Of a DNA stretch of 64,000 nucleotides, positions 19,376-31,865 are shown in pieces. Below the pieces are notes generated by a model, which ran no database searches, was not told where the DNA came from, and worked only from the letters and a program-made list of their open reading frames with translations. Both the position numbers and the translations under genes were made by a program. Location: IMG/VR virus record IMGVR_UViG_3300025861_000004; one strand, 5' to 3'. The stretch comes from a virus. Its lineage: Duplodnaviria; Heunggongvirae; Uroviricota; Caudoviricetes. Position 1 is the stretch's first letter; every line of letters begins with the position of its first letter.

Positions 19376-19960
19376 ATGATCACCGTACCAGGCGCGCAGG
19401 CGACGTGCGTGGCGGCGATGGCGCGGGCAACCCCAAACCCGATCATCGGGCCTGCCTCCCTCAAGACGGCTAAAGCGCTCTCGGAGGCGCTCGTCTCGTG
19501 GGCGGTTGGCAACCCGCTCAACCTTGGTCTCACCGGTACCGCGACGGGGATGCCTGGCATGGGGTCGATCGCCTTCGCGACCACAAGGATGATGGTGCCC
19601 GACAACCAGGTTCTAGCGAGGCTGGCCGCTGCGCCCTTCCTCCAGGGCCCCACCGGAACCTCTCTGGCGAGCGCCATCTCCACCTGGATATCGACGCTGT
19701 TCACTACGCAGGGGCAGTATCAGGGAGTGAGCCCACTCGTGGGGATCGGGCTCGACTCGACGAAGTTCACCACGATCAACCTCGTCACGCTGGAGAAGGA
19801 GCTCGCGGGCAAGCTCGGCGGCCCCGGGGCGTACATCACGGCGAGCGGGGTCGCCGCGGTGGTCTTCGTGGTGCTGTCCGCCGGCTCGGGAGTCGGAGTG
19901 ATCAAGGGATCTGGAGGTGGTCTACCCATCACGGCTCCTACGACGAGCTTCGTGGTGTGA
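19376..19960 (+). CDS. Putative baseplate/tail-tip protein (194 aa)
   Basis: Gly/Ala/Thr-rich ORF inside the tail module. Confidence 0.6.
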   Translation: MITVPGAQATCVAAMARATPNPIIGPASLKTAKALSEALVSWAVGNPLNLGLTGTATGMPGMGSIAFATTRMMVPDNQVLARLAAAPFLQGPTGTSLASAISTWISTLFTTQGQYQGVSPLVGIGLDSTKFTTINLVTLEKELAGKLGGPGAYITASGVAAVVFVVLSAGSGVGVIKGSGGGLPITAPTTSFVV

Positions 19961-20077
19961 GCAGAGCGCAGGGGTGATGACCGGAGGAGACCGCTAAATC
20001 TCCCCTCGAACCTTACCAGGGCTCGACACCCCTGCGCTCGAAGTAGAGTGGGGACACCTGGATTCGTTGGAGCTGAC

Positions 20078-23000
20078 ATGGCCCTACTTGCCTTCTCCGA
20101 ATGGACTTCTCATCCGCGCGCGCGTGCCGCGGTACACGCGGACGTGCCGCGGTGCCTGGAGGCGTGGGACAATCCGCCTCGCCTACGTGACGTGGCGGGG
20201 GACGTGTACCGGTGCCTCGCTGTCGACGACGGATACAGCCTGGGAGTCGCGGTGGTTACCGCCTCGACTGGTCGCTACGGGTGGCCCGGCGCGGAGGTGT
20301 ACACGGAGCAGACCACGTCCGTGTGGGTCAAGAGCGAGCGCACGTGTTTCGCCCTCGACAAGGAGGGATGCCCGGTCGACAGGGCGCGAAGTGTTCGTGT
20401 GGTGCGCGCAGACGGCCGCACCGACATTGTTTCGGTCCTCCGCACCTGGGCCGGAACCCTGTACCTCGACGAGCGGTTTGACCCAATCCTGCCGGGCGAC
20501 GTAGCGGCCTCCGTCCTGTACGTCCCGGGACCTCCGGAGGTCTACTGGACGCGCGACGAGCCTGGCCGGCGGCGTACCGGCAACTCCTCGCGAGAGGGGG
20601 TGCGCACCTTCCTCCCAGGGGGGTTCGTGCAGAAGCTCGGGCCCGCGGCTGCTGGCGCTAAGTACCCCATCCCGAACCAAGCCCCCGCATGGGCGGGGAA
20701 GTACCTCACAGGAGACCCGCAGCGCCCTGACCGCCCAGCCTTCTTCCGCGTGGGGAGCGTGCCTGGGGAGGAGTCGAGACCCGTCCTGGCGTCCACGGTT
20801 GATGACGGGACGGCTGAGGTGCTCGTGCGTGGTGCGGAGGTGCTCGTGCTGCGGGACCTCGCTCCGCACACCCTGTGGCACTGGACGTGGGACCTTGGGG
20901 TGTCGGGCTCGATCATCATCGGCGTAGACCCCATCTACCTAGCGCCCATCCCCGAGTGGTGGGAGACCCCGATCTTGCGTGTCGGAGAGGGTCGGGTCCT
21001 TCGCGTGCGCAGGTTCCTCACCGACCAGGAGGCGGCTTCGGCGACACTGCGCCTTCAGGCGGGGGAAGTGGCGGTCTCCATGAGCACGGGACTGGTGCTG
21101 TTCGCGCAACCTGACCTCGCCCGAGTGCAGGGGCGCGCGCTGCACTACCAGGGTCTCGCGCTGGGGCTCACGAGCTTTCGGCGGGCCGCGCCTGTCGTTG
21201 ATGATCGTCCTGCGGGGTTCCGTGCTCCCCGCGGGTCCTCGATCCTGCCCGACCACGGGGGATTGTCGGGGTGGTACAACCTCCCGGATGGCTCCGGCAA
21301 GGACCCCGTCGACGACGGGAAGGTGCTCGTAGGGATCAAGCGATCGGGTAGCGACGGAGTAGGCAAGGCGTACGTGGTCTTCTCGGGGGGAGACGCGGCG
21401 GAGGTCAAGGACGTGGACCTCGACACGGACCTTCCGGCCCTGGCTCCCTCCGGCACAGCCGTGTACTCGCGTGAGTCGAACCGCCTCGTCCTGGATCGCA
21501 CGCTCGCGGTGGGAGATCCCACGCCGCTGTACCTCCAAGCGACCTTCCCGTTGTTCCGGCAGGGAGTGTCCGGCGCGCACCTCGTCACAGCGCGCAAGGG
21601 TCCGTTCGAGGTGCGTGGGACGGAGGCCCTGTGGGTGCGCACGTCGGCTGGCGTGAGCGCGTGGACGGCCACGACGACTCCGCCAGGTTGGTACGAGGCG
21701 GGAGACCTGGCGGAGCGTATGGCGCTGGCCATGGGAGCGCGTGTTCGCGTATGGGTGGACCGCGGGGCCATCGTGGTCGAAGACCCCGACGGGCTTACGG
21801 TTGAGGTGCTGCCGGGCGAACCTGGAGGCCCCTTCGATTTCTCCGGATGCCAGGCGCTCGGGTTCGGACCTGGGTGGCGTCGAGACGCCGCGGGCAACGA
21901 CTGGGTCGTGGATCCTGGTCTGGCTGCGGGGTCCCTCAAGGGCCCGTGGCCCATGGACACCGACGCGAGCGGTGACCGAGTCCTCGCTGACCCCCTCCAG
22001 GGCTTTCCGGCGCTGTCCCTCCCCGCGACGCCGTGGGACGATGACGCTCGCCTGGAGTCTGGTGACGCGGTGCACGTCGTCCCAGACGGTTCAGCCCCAG
22101 CCGTATCGGTGCGCGTGGGGACCGACGCGGTGATCGACTCCGACACCGCAACCCTCTCGTGGGTGTCTCCTTCGGAGGGGACACCCGTTCTGGGGCCTAT
22201 CGTCCCAGATGACGGGGCCGTATTTCAGGGCCGCCGGGTTGAGGTTCTCGAACCCGGCGCGGACGCGTGGAGGGAGTCCGCACCGGGAGAGGTCGTGCGC
22301 GCGGGAGGTTCCCTACGACTCGCGCAGGGGTTCCCATCCCTCGCTTGGTCGGGGACCGTCGACCTCCAGGATGGAACCTTCGAGGCCCCAGCTAACCTCG
22401 ATGGTGTGGACCTCGTGGAGGTGGCCGTCCAAGGCGGGAGTGGGTGGTATGCGGCATCCTGCGAGGGGACTCGCGGTGAGCTGCGCCCGCCGATCTCTGG
22501 GAACGCAGGGCTACGGGCATACCGTGTCGGGGGTTGGGCCATGCTGGGGACGTTCTCTCCCCTCGTGATGCGCGAGGATGAGGACGTCGTGGTGGTCCTG
22601 TGGACACCGGCGGAGGGGGACTTCGTGAAGACCTCGCTCGCCCGCGGGGTCGACTACTCGATCGACACTTCTACGGGCCGATTTGGCCTCGTAAGGCCCG
22701 TCGCAGCGGGGTCGCGCTTGCGCGTCACCTACTACCGCGCGAACCCTCGGGGTCAGCGGGTCGGAGTGCAGGAGACGGACTTCGCGGGCTTCCTCATCGA
22801 GAAGGCCGTGGCCAAGGAGGTCGACGGAGGGTACTTCGCGTTTGGGGCCGCGGTGGGGCAACCTCCTGTCAACTTGGAGCGCTCCGTGACCGTCCTAACC
22901 AAGGATCCTCAGGGTGTCGTGATGCCGGCGCGCGCGCCCGTCTCCTACCCACAGGACCGGCCGGGAACGGGACTCATCCGAGCTGCCGTCCCCGCGGGAA

Positions 23001-26000
23001 CGTCCTTCCAGGTGAGCTACTGGTCGGTCGAATCCATGGGGGGCGAGGTTACGGCAGACCTGCCACGGTCTCCTGTCTACCTTCCCTGGCTGCGAGTTCC
23101 CGCCAACGCCGCGTTCATCAACCTGCGCGGTGACCGACGGGGGCAGTTCTCGCCAGGTAAGATTCTTCGGGCGGGGTCTGAGTGCTTCTGGGTTGGGGCG
23201 GTCACCTACTCACCCGCTCCGGACGACCTCACGAGCGTCGCAGTCACACCTCCGTCAGAGGCTGACGCAGGAGCCTCGCGACCCGGTGGGGACACGTTGT
23301 TCCTCGTCTCTGACAGGCCGATGCACGACGCGGGGTGGGAGTGGATAGGGGTGCAGGTCGTGGACGGCGCCGTCAAGGGGTCTGGCACCCTCCGCGTGTC
23401 TTGTCCTGTCGGCTTCCAGCCTGTCGCCGGGTCTGTGGTAGACCTCGGAGGTGCGCCGTCGGCTGTCGTGGGGGTCAAGGGGGTCGCGGAGGGTCAATAC
23501 GACCTCACCCTGGCGGCTCCCCTGCGCGCCCTGGCCGCGGGGGTCAAGGAGGCGCGCATGCTGCGCGCCCCGCTCGGCCTTACAGGCATGACGACCGCTC
23601 CCGGCGTGGGGAGCGTGGCGGCGAGTCCTGGGTCTCTCAAGGTCGTGACCTTCTCACCTGGTAGCCCTGGTCATCTCAGCCCGGCCATCCAGGTGGACGA
23701 GGACACCGGAGTCCTGCTGCTCCGAGAGCCCTTGCAAGAGGGGCAGATGATCGTGGTGGAGGGTCAGCGACTTCGCCCGCCTGACGGGGCCAAGGTGCGC
23801 GTTGTGGGCCTCGTACGTCGTCAGCCTACGCCGGGAGGCGCGCTGCGAGGGCGATACTTGTCTTCCGGTCGGGACTGGTTCACTGCGACGCTACTGTCGG
23901 CTGCCGTACCTCTCCTGCCGTTGACTATCGCGACGTCACGCCGAGAGGTCGAGCTGCGGGACGCTCAGCTGCGTGGGCTGCTTCACGGAGCCACCCTGGT
24001 GGCCCATGCCCTCGGTGGAGTCGTCGAGGAGGCCACGGGAAGGAGGTTCGACATGTTGACCTTCCTCCAGGAAGCCGACGCGGGCCTCCCAACGCCTGGG
24101 TGCCTGGACGACGTGACAGGCCGGATCTGTCCGCGCGTCCTCTCCTCCGCCGACCTCCCCCACGCGCTCGTCAATGACCTGGACGACTGGGTCCAGCCCC
24201 CGTGGGGAGGGGCTGCGGAGCCCCTGTGGCGTGGGCGGGAGGCGTCGCGCGTCGCGCGAGGCCGCGTCCGATGGACCGCTGAGGTACGAACAGCACCGTC
24301 GCCGGCAGGGTGGATCCCGAGCCGGTCTGCGGTCGTGGCGATCCTTCGGCCCGACCGGCCTGTTCCTGGCGTTGAGCCCCCGCGCGTGCTCCGCGTTACT
24401 TCTGCGGGGTTCCCTGTCGAGGTGTCCGCAGACGGACGTACCTTCGTGGTGGTGTCGGGGTCGAGTCCCGCGGGACGCCTCGCACTGGCGGGACAACCCG
24501 CGTGGCTTCGGTCGGGCGACCACCTCACGCAGGTGGTCGGGTTCGGAGGGCAGCCCCTTTGCTGGGACGCTCGCATGGAGGCCGTAGAGCACGACAGTCT
24601 CTACGACGCGGAGGGCAAACCTACCGCGCTGCGTGACGCCTGGGCGGCCGGTTTCCCCCTCAGGTACCTCGCGGAGAGCTCTCGCGTCGAACTCCTCATG
24701 GCTCCCCGGTTCGTAGTGGGGGAGGCCGATGGGATCGCCGTGCGCCCGGATGGTCGCGTCGAGGTGCTGGGGGGTTCACGAGCCGCTACGTGGCTGCGGA
24801 CCGGTACTCTGCTGGAAGGGGAGACGGAGGGGGGAATGGGTTTGGAAGTATCCCTGCTTCGCGGGTCTACGCTCGCAGGGGTTCCCACTTCCCGCCTGCT
24901 GCGTGCTCCTGACGTGGGGGAGGCGCACGTCGCGCCTCCGCGGGCCTCGCGCGTCGTGCTCGACTTTCCTCGCATCATTTCGGCGCAGCAGGACGAGATC
25001 GTGGTGTCGAGGTCGTCGCTTCGGTGGGACGACTTCGACGGTCACGGGTTCGTGTTCGTATCGGTACGAGACGCGCTCGATGACGGGCGGGGAGGCTGGC
25101 AGTTCACCTACGCGCAGGCGGAACCCCGCGGGGAAGTGGTCCTCCTGTCGGGGATCACGGAGTTTCGACGCGTCGACGGATCTCCTGCACAGGTCGAGGA
25201 CGTTCCTGTGGGTTCCGTGGCTACGGGCGCGGGGGCGTGGGTGTTGTCTCCTCCGGCCGGCTGCGGGGGAGTCTCTGAGGTCCTCATCCAGTGCGCGTGG
25301 CCCCACAGGCCCGTGTGCGTGAACGACCCTGACCAGGTCGTGTCCGACCTGGACGCGCAGGACGTACGGTTGCGCGTCCACCTGACCGACGCGCAGTGGC
25401 GTGTGCTCTACGGCTACAACCGACCCTCCACGGTGTCCCTGTATCGCTGCTTCATTCCAGGGGTCACACTTCAAGTAACCTGGAGCCCGGACCCGCTTGG
25501 AACCCGTCCCTTGCTCGCGACCTCCGCGACCCACGTGCTTGACCGCATGGTCGAGGTAGATGCGGCGGAGGCCGCACCGAACGGAACCATTCTCCTGCGG
25601 GTCCACCCTCCCGCAGGACCCATCGAGGTCGCAGACGAGGAAGTGGCGATACCTGCACCCTACATCGCGCGCGGGAACTGGGTCGAGACGGGGGGCTGGA
25701 CTGCGTGTGTCGTTCGGGTCGGGGCGCTCTCCGAGTCCCCGACCCGTGTGTGGGTTCTGCCGTTCGGTCCCCCCGACGTGTTCCTCCTCGCGCGGGGACG
25801 CGTCATGCGGGTTCTTCTGAGTCGCGCGTCGTCCCGGGCCCTCTCCATGCCGGGAGCTCTTCAGGCGATCGACGGACCCCTCGGACGCGTGTTGCCACGA
25901 GGTCGAGAGATCGCGGACTTGCTGCGCAAGGAGGCCATGAGCTTGCGCGCGGTGACCAAGCAGGCTACGGCCGCCCTGCTGTCTGCCCCGGAGGACTCTG

Positions 26001-26143
26001 GCGTGCTTGGCGCGCGTGCGCTGTGGCTAGAGGAGGCCGCAAGCCTCGCCCTGCAACACCTGGGCGAGCTCGACACGCAAGTGTCCGCGTGGGTTAAGGA
26101 GCGAGTCATGCTCCTCAATCGTCTCGCAGCGGAGGAGGTGTAG
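20078..26143 (+). CDS. Very large putative baseplate/tail structural protein (2021 aa)
   Basis: Uninterrupted 6-kb ORF, beta-rich composition, GGAG RBS before ATG 20078; function inferred from context. Confidence 0.65.
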   Translation: MALLAFSEWTSHPRARAAVHADVPRCLEAWDNPPRLRDVAGDVYRCLAVDDGYSLGVAVVTASTGRYGWPGAEVYTEQTTSVWVKSERTCFALDKEGCPVDRARSVRVVRADGRTDIVSVLRTWAGTLYLDERFDPILPGDVAASVLYVPGPPEVYWTRDEPGRRRTGNSSREGVRTFLPGGFVQKLGPAAAGAKYPIPNQAPAWAGKYLTGDPQRPDRPAFFRVGSVPGEESRPVLASTVDDGTAEVLVRGAEVLVLRDLAPHTLWHWTWDLGVSGSIIIGVDPIYLAPIPEWWETPILRVGEGRVLRVRRFLTDQEAASATLRLQAGEVAVSMSTGLVLFAQPDLARVQGRALHYQGLALGLTSFRRAAPVVDDRPAGFRAPRGSSILPDHGGLSGWYNLPDGSGKDPVDDGKVLVGIKRSGSDGVGKAYVVFSGGDAAEVKDVDLDTDLPALAPSGTAVYSRESNRLVLDRTLAVGDPTPLYLQATFPLFRQGVSGAHLVTARKGPFEVRGTEALWVRTSAGVSAWTATTTPPGWYEAGDLAERMALAMGARVRVWVDRGAIVVEDPDGLTVEVLPGEPGGPFDFSGCQALGFGPGWRRDAAGNDWVVDPGLAAGSLKGPWPMDTDASGDRVLADPLQGFPALSLPATPWDDDARLESGDAVHVVPDGSAPAVSVRVGTDAVIDSDTATLSWVSPSEGTPVLGPIVPDDGAVFQGRRVEVLEPGADAWRESAPGEVVRAGGSLRLAQGFPSLAWSGTVDLQDGTFEAPANLDGVDLVEVAVQGGSGWYAASCEGTRGELRPPISGNAGLRAYRVGGWAMLGTFSPLVMREDEDVVVVLWTPAEGDFVKTSLARGVDYSIDTSTGRFGLVRPVAAGSRLRVTYYRANPRGQRVGVQETDFAGFLIEKAVAKEVDGGYFAFGAAVGQPPVNLERSVTVLTKDPQGVVMPARAPVSYPQDRPGTGLIRAAVPAGTSFQVSYWSVESMGGEVTADLPRSPVYLPWLRVPANAAFINLRGDRRGQFSPGKILRAGSECFWVGAVTYSPAPDDLTSVAVTPPSEADAGASRPGGDTLFLVSDRPMHDAGWEWIGVQVVDGAVKGSGTLRVSCPVGFQPVAGSVVDLGGAPSAVVGVKGVAEGQYDLTLAAPLRALAAGVKEARMLRAPLGLTGMTTAPGVGSVAASPGSLKVVTFSPGSPGHLSPAIQVDEDTGVLLLREPLQEGQMIVVEGQRLRPPDGAKVRVVGLVRRQPTPGGALRGRYLSSGRDWFTATLLSAAVPLLPLTIATSRREVELRDAQLRGLLHGATLVAHALGGVVEEATGRRFDMLTFLQEADAGLPTPGCLDDVTGRICPRVLSSADLPHALVNDLDDWVQPPWGGAAEPLWRGREASRVARGRVRWTAEVRTAPSPAGWIPSRSAVVAILRPDRPVPGVEPPRVLRVTSAGFPVEVSADGRTFVVVSGSSPAGRLALAGQPAWLRSGDHLTQVVGFGGQPLCWDARMEAVEHDSLYDAEGKPTALRDAWAAGFPLRYLAESSRVELLMAPRFVVGEADGIAVRPDGRVEVLGGSRAATWLRTGTLLEGETEGGMGLEVSLLRGSTLAGVPTSRLLRAPDVGEAHVAPPRASRVVLDFPRIISAQQDEIVVSRSSLRWDDFDGHGFVFVSVRDALDDGRGGWQFTYAQAEPRGEVVLLSGITEFRRVDGSPAQVEDVPVGSVATGAGAWVLSPPAGCGGVSEVLIQCAWPHRPVCVNDPDQVVSDLDAQDVRLRVHLTDAQWRVLYGYNRPSTVSLYRCFIPGVTLQVTWSPDPLGTRPLLATSATHVLDRMVEVDAAEAAPNGTILLRVHPPAGPIEVADEEVAIPAPYIARGNWVETGGWTACVVRVGALSESPTRVWVLPFGPPDVFLLARGRVMRVLLSRASSRALSMPGALQAIDGPLGRVLPRGREIADLLRKEAMSLRAVTKQATAALLSAPEDSGVLGARALWLEEAASLALQHLGELDTQVSAWVKERVMLLNRLAAEEV

Positions 26144-26144
26144 C

Positions 26145-28892
26145 GTGGCGGCTAGCTGGATTGAGTTAGGGTTCGCTCCCCCCTCGTGGGCCACGACTGC
26201 CCTGTCGGCGGTTGGGCAGGCTACGACGGCCGTAGCGACGCTCGCGGACGTGGCCGCTACGACGGCGCGTACGGCGTCGGCCTTCGCCCTGTCGGTCGAG
26301 GAGCCCACCAAGGCGATAGCCGACGCCATACGGCGGGAGGTGGACGCCCTTGCTGACGACATCCTCAAGGCCGGGGGATACACGACGGGAGACTGGGATA
26401 TCGTTCGCTACCCGTTCGCGGCCCTCAAGGGGGGCTACCCCATGTTTGAGCAGCGCATGGCGGCGCGGCTTCTCGACCAGGACGACCCGACTCGACCTGC
26501 CTTCTCCCCCTCCTCCGTGGTGACGGCCGTCTTCATGTACACCGAGTCTCCTGACGCCTCGGGTCTGGAGCAGGTGGTGACCGCGATCAAGGGGCTCGCC
26601 TCTATGCTGCGGCAGCCCGTGAGGTCCGACTCGGGACCTCTTCCAGTACCTCTCGACGTCACGGTGACCCCAGAGCCTCCTGACGCGGAGGCTCCCGCGG
26701 CGTTTCGTGTTCGGTGGCGCACCTCGCAGAGCTCTCCGATTCCTCCAGGAGGGTACGTGGTATCGCTGTCCACCACGCGAGACCCGCTGCGCGCTCGGGT
26801 CTACGTGCCGAGTGCCTCCGCCCCACCGGTGGGAGATCCGCCGCAGGACACCTACCCGATCCTCGACGCAACCGGTGCGCCTGTCCAGCTGTACGGTGGA
26901 GCCGACCAGCTCCCGGGCTCCATCTCCACGGGCACCGGGGATGGGGCGGCCATCAAGGAGGATGCACTTGCGACCACGCTGCTCGCGCCAGACGGCAAGC
27001 CCCTGTCCCCTGGGGTCTTCGCGGCGCGAGGCAAGCGCGTCGGTCAGCGCCTCTTCCGCCTCACCACTCTCGTCACGACGGCCCAGTGGCCCACGGGTCA
27101 CTTCTCTCTGGTGGTCAAGCGCGCGGACCTTCCTGTGGGCTGGGACGTCCCGACGCCCCCAGACAAGGGCAAGACGGCCCAGGTGCAGGTAGGTGGCGAG
27201 GCGGCGGCCTACTACGTGCGGGTCGCACCGGTCGCATCCAAGGTCGCGACCGGTGAGGTCCCCTGGGTGTACGACTTGGACGCTGCGGCCGAGCAGGCAC
27301 GCATCGGAAAGACGCCAGCAGCCCCGCTTCCCGCGGGGTTGTCCCCTGACGTTCTTGGGCCGTGGAGCGCTCCTGCGGTACTCCGCATGCCAGGGCCTGG
27401 GACGGCGGGCTTCCGCGACGCGGTGACCGCCGCCCTCGCGGTCACCGTGCTCACGAGGAGCGACCTGCGGGTCGACGCCGAGGTAGCGGGCGCTTCGGCC
27501 GCTCTGATCCCCACGGGTCTGGAGTCGGTCGCGCCTCGCGTCATGGCCCTGCTCGGGCCCAAGATGGTCGCATGGTCGCTCAAGACCGGGGCGGACCCGC
27601 GGGCCTACAGGTCCGCCCTGTGGGCAGCGTGCGACCGTGTCGCCTCGGACATCGTGGCCCGCGCCGACCTCCCACCCCGAACGGCCAGTGCGCTCGCCCA
27701 GCAGGCGCTGACCCTGCGTACAGCGCGAGTCGCTGACCTGGTGCGGGAGGCGGGCGAGTCGGAGGCTGCGGCTTCCCTTCAGGCCGCAGGCTTGGGGGAC
27801 GCGACCCTGCTGGACCTCCTGCGCCCTTCAAGCGCGGCGCATGAGCAGCGCGCACAAGCGTGGATCGCGGCGGGAGCGACAGGCAAGCCTCCAGACCTCA
27901 CACCCACAGTCAGCATGGATCAAACCTGCGGGGTATGCCCGTCGCCCCAGTCGGCAGGCATGTCGACCGAGCTGTCGGTTCGATCCGTCTACACACCAGG
28001 TGTCGTGAGGCTGCGATCGCCCCATTTTCCGTCAGGAGAGACAAGCGCATCGTCCGAGCAGGTCGTCGAGTACGCGGACCCTACTGACGCGCCCGTCCTC
28101 GTCGCGTCGAGCTCCCCCGGTGTAGCTGCCGTCTACAAGCGCTACACGCGGGTCGACGGGTCCATCAAGGTTCCCAAGCAGGAGGCCGACCGACTCCGGA
28201 AGCTGCTCGCCACTCCTGTGTCGGTTACGGGAGCTGCCGCCCAGGCGCCGGTCCTCTCAGTCCGGTCGGACGTGGTAAGGTCGGCCGTCGTCGCCGAAGA
28301 CCTCACCTTCGACCCAAAGAAGAAGGGCGGAGCGGGCCTGCTGTGTCTTAGGACGCTGCTCGCGAGCTCGCGAGGAGGTGCGATCACGAGGGAGGCCGCC
28401 GTCGTCCTGGGGGCAACCGTGCCTGTCGCCAGCCGTCCTCGCGCGTCTGGGGCCTGGTACAACGTGCGGCTGGCGGACGTTGTGCCTGGACTGGACATCG
28501 GGCTGCGCGCGGCCTCCGAGTGGCTCGGGTCGGCCTCTCGCGCGGCCACTGGTGTGGGGGAGGCGACGAAGTCCTACCTAGATGCGGCTACTCGTACGGC
28601 GGGATCGGCTCGCGACCTCTCCGATCGCCTTGGGGCCGCGGCGAGCTCCATCATCGGGGGCTCCATCCCACTGCCCAACCTCTCCGTTCTGGTCGTCTCA
28701 GGTCGAGGCACGGGCGGAGTCGTGGCCGAGCTCCTGGGGGCAGGAGGCAAGCCGCAGAGCACCCCAGGATCGTACGGAGGAGGTGCCGTGTTGCTCGTCG
28801 GTGGGGCTCCTGGCTTCCTGTTCGACCTTCTTGGCGTGTCGACAGGTTCTCCAAGCCTAGGTGGGGGTGGCCAGGAGGTTCCTGTTATCTAG
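26145..28892 (+). CDS. Large putative tail/baseplate-associated protein (915 aa)
   Basis: Coupled to the upstream gene; helical termini around a beta-rich core. Confidence 0.6.
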   Translation: MAASWIELGFAPPSWATTALSAVGQATTAVATLADVAATTARTASAFALSVEEPTKAIADAIRREVDALADDILKAGGYTTGDWDIVRYPFAALKGGYPMFEQRMAARLLDQDDPTRPAFSPSSVVTAVFMYTESPDASGLEQVVTAIKGLASMLRQPVRSDSGPLPVPLDVTVTPEPPDAEAPAAFRVRWRTSQSSPIPPGGYVVSLSTTRDPLRARVYVPSASAPPVGDPPQDTYPILDATGAPVQLYGGADQLPGSISTGTGDGAAIKEDALATTLLAPDGKPLSPGVFAARGKRVGQRLFRLTTLVTTAQWPTGHFSLVVKRADLPVGWDVPTPPDKGKTAQVQVGGEAAAYYVRVAPVASKVATGEVPWVYDLDAAAEQARIGKTPAAPLPAGLSPDVLGPWSAPAVLRMPGPGTAGFRDAVTAALAVTVLTRSDLRVDAEVAGASAALIPTGLESVAPRVMALLGPKMVAWSLKTGADPRAYRSALWAACDRVASDIVARADLPPRTASALAQQALTLRTARVADLVREAGESEAAASLQAAGLGDATLLDLLRPSSAAHEQRAQAWIAAGATGKPPDLTPTVSMDQTCGVCPSPQSAGMSTELSVRSVYTPGVVRLRSPHFPSGETSASSEQVVEYADPTDAPVLVASSSPGVAAVYKRYTRVDGSIKVPKQEADRLRKLLATPVSVTGAAAQAPVLSVRSDVVRSAVVAEDLTFDPKKKGGAGLLCLRTLLASSRGGAITREAAVVLGATVPVASRPRASGAWYNVRLADVVPGLDIGLRAASEWLGSASRAATGVGEATKSYLDAATRTAGSARDLSDRLGAAASSIIGGSIPLPNLSVLVVSGRGTGGVVAELLGAGGKPQSTPGSYGGGAVLLVGGAPGFLFDLLGVSTGSPSLGGGGQEVPVI

Positions 28893-28956
28893 TCTTGAAC
28901 AGCAGGGGTTGCGGGTAGGGTGGGGCGGTCCCATCTATAGCCACAGGAGCACGCCC

Positions 28957-29391
28957 ATGAACATCCGACCCTTGTTTGATCGCATCCTCGTCAAGCGCCT
29001 CCCAGAAGAAGACTGCACCAAGGGCGGGATCATCATCCCGTCGACTGCCCAGGAGAAGCCAACCCGTGCGACCGTCTGCGCGGTGGGCCCCGGAGCCACT
29101 TCCGAGCAGGGAACCCTGCGCCCCCTGAGCGTCAAGAAGGGCGATCAGGTCCTGTTCGGCAAGTACAACGGCACCGAGGTTCAGATCGACGGCGAGGACT
29201 ACGTGATCCTCAGCGAGTCCGAGGTGCTGGCAGTCATCGAGCCTGAGTACGCGCTGGTTGGGGCGGGCATGCTGGCGGAGTCGGAACCCACGACGCCTGA
29301 CCAGGCCCCGCAGGCCGAAGCTCCGCAGGCCGAAGCTCCGCAGGCCGAAGCTCCGCAGGCCGAAGCTCAGCAGGCCGACCAGGCCAGCTAA
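28957..29391 (+). CDS. groES: Co-chaperonin GroES with acidic repetitive C-terminal extension (144 aa)
   Basis: MNIRPLFDRILVKR...TKGGIIIP...VKKGDQVLFGKYNGTEVQIDGEDYVILSESEVLAVI; AGGAG RBS. Confidence 0.95.
   Translation: MNIRPLFDRILVKRLPEEDCTKGGIIIPSTAQEKPTRATVCAVGPGATSEQGTLRPLSVKKGDQVLFGKYNGTEVQIDGEDYVILSESEVLAVIEPEYALVGAGMLAESEPTTPDQAPQAEAPQAEAPQAEAPQAEAQQADQAS
29311..29370 (+). repeat. 15-bp tandem repeat x4 (CAGGCCGAAGCTCCG) encoding QAEAP
   Basis: Read directly from the sequence. Confidence 0.95.
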
Positions 29392-29463
29392 CCCAACGAC
29401 GAAACGAACGAACGGACGGACCGAAGGGTCCATCGAACTCACACCCGACAATAAGAGGTACGC

Positions 29464-31083
<1,620 letters not shown>

Positions 31084-31089
31084 CCCCTC

Positions 31090-31121
31090 CAGACGGCCTA
31101 GAGTCGGCTCTAGGCCGTCTG
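31090..31121. terminator. Perfect 14-bp hairpin between convergent genes
   Basis: CAGACGGCCTAGAG-TCGG-CTCTAGGCCGTCTG just after the groEL stop; no long U-tract. Confidence 0.7.
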
Positions 31122-31127
31122 CCTTCC

Positions 31128-31865
31128 CTACGTGACTTCCTGCACCTTGACCAGAACCTGGGCAAGCCCTTCTGCTGGGAGGCACGACTCCAAGTACACG
31201 TTTGGCTTCAGACGACCAACCCCCATGTGGGCTACGGTCGCGTCATAGTCGATCCACCCCCACACGAGGTCCCACCCGTCATGAGGCGGGACGCGTAGCG
31301 TGTGGGCTCCGTGGGCCTCGTGCGCGAGCGTCCTGAGGAAGTCTCGCAGCATGGCGGGAGTCTCCTCGCGGAACGTGGCGAAGAGGACCTTCTCGACCTC
31401 TCGGCTCAGGTGAACGTGGAGGCGGTTTCGCGTGGTTAGCGTACGGTCGGCCCACCCGATGAGGGGTGCGGCGGCGGTCGCGTACTGCTGGGCTGTCTCG
31501 TACCGGAACGCCTCTCGCAGGTTGACGGTATACAGCTTGGACAGGTCGTCGAGGTCTTCCCAGGAGTCGCTGGTGATCTTGGAGTAGGCCCGGTACCAAG
31601 CATCCTGGTCACGACCACCGGTCGACGGCATGTCCAGGAAGAGGACCCGCTTGACGCCAGGATGAAGGAACCCGAACCGAACGCGACGTCTCCAGTCCCT
31701 CCCGTACATCTGCGCCCCGATGAGGGTGCCCTTCGTGTGGGTCAGGGACAGGAACGTCCAGGCGACTCGCAGGATGACGAGCAGCGTCACGAGCGGGTTG
31801 GGGTGTTCCAGCAGGACGTCTACCTCCCAGGATAGGAGGCGGACCTTATGGTGTGTGCAGGGCAT
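31128..31865 (-). CDS. Hypothetical protein (245 aa)
   Basis: GGAG RBS; GC3-rich ORF. Confidence 0.7.
   Translation of the reverse strand: MPCTHHKVRLLSWEVDVLLEHPNPLVTLLVILRVAWTFLSLTHTKGTLIGAQMYGRDWRRRVRFGFLHPGVKRVLFLDMPSTGGRDQDAWYRAYSKITSDSWEDLDDLSKLYTVNLREAFRYETAQQYATAAAPLIGWADRTLTTRNRLHVHLSREVEKVLFATFREETPAMLRDFLRTLAHEAHGAHTLRVPPHDGWDLVWGWIDYDATVAHMGVGRLKPNVYLESCLPAEGLAQVLVKVQEVT

Noticed and set aside
20070-20076. GAGCTGA copy before the 2021-aa gene, and the TCAGCTC copy at 35282
   Set aside because: The first points antisense with no ATG at +31 and overlaps an RBS. The second is 34 nt from ATG 35323 and lacks the second box. ACAGCTC at 37280 (29 nt) and 41419 (31 nt) are off by one and were not counted.
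7109-28892. Extracellular contractile injection system (eCIS) instead of a phage tail
   Set aside because: No Afp/PVC-type gene set was recognised, and the flanks are phage-like accessory genes sharing phage-style motifs. It is not fully excluded, because no capsid or terminase is in the window.
29392-29440. (AACG)n-like run between groES and groEL
   Set aside because: It is short and degenerate; most likely a slippage-derived spacer.
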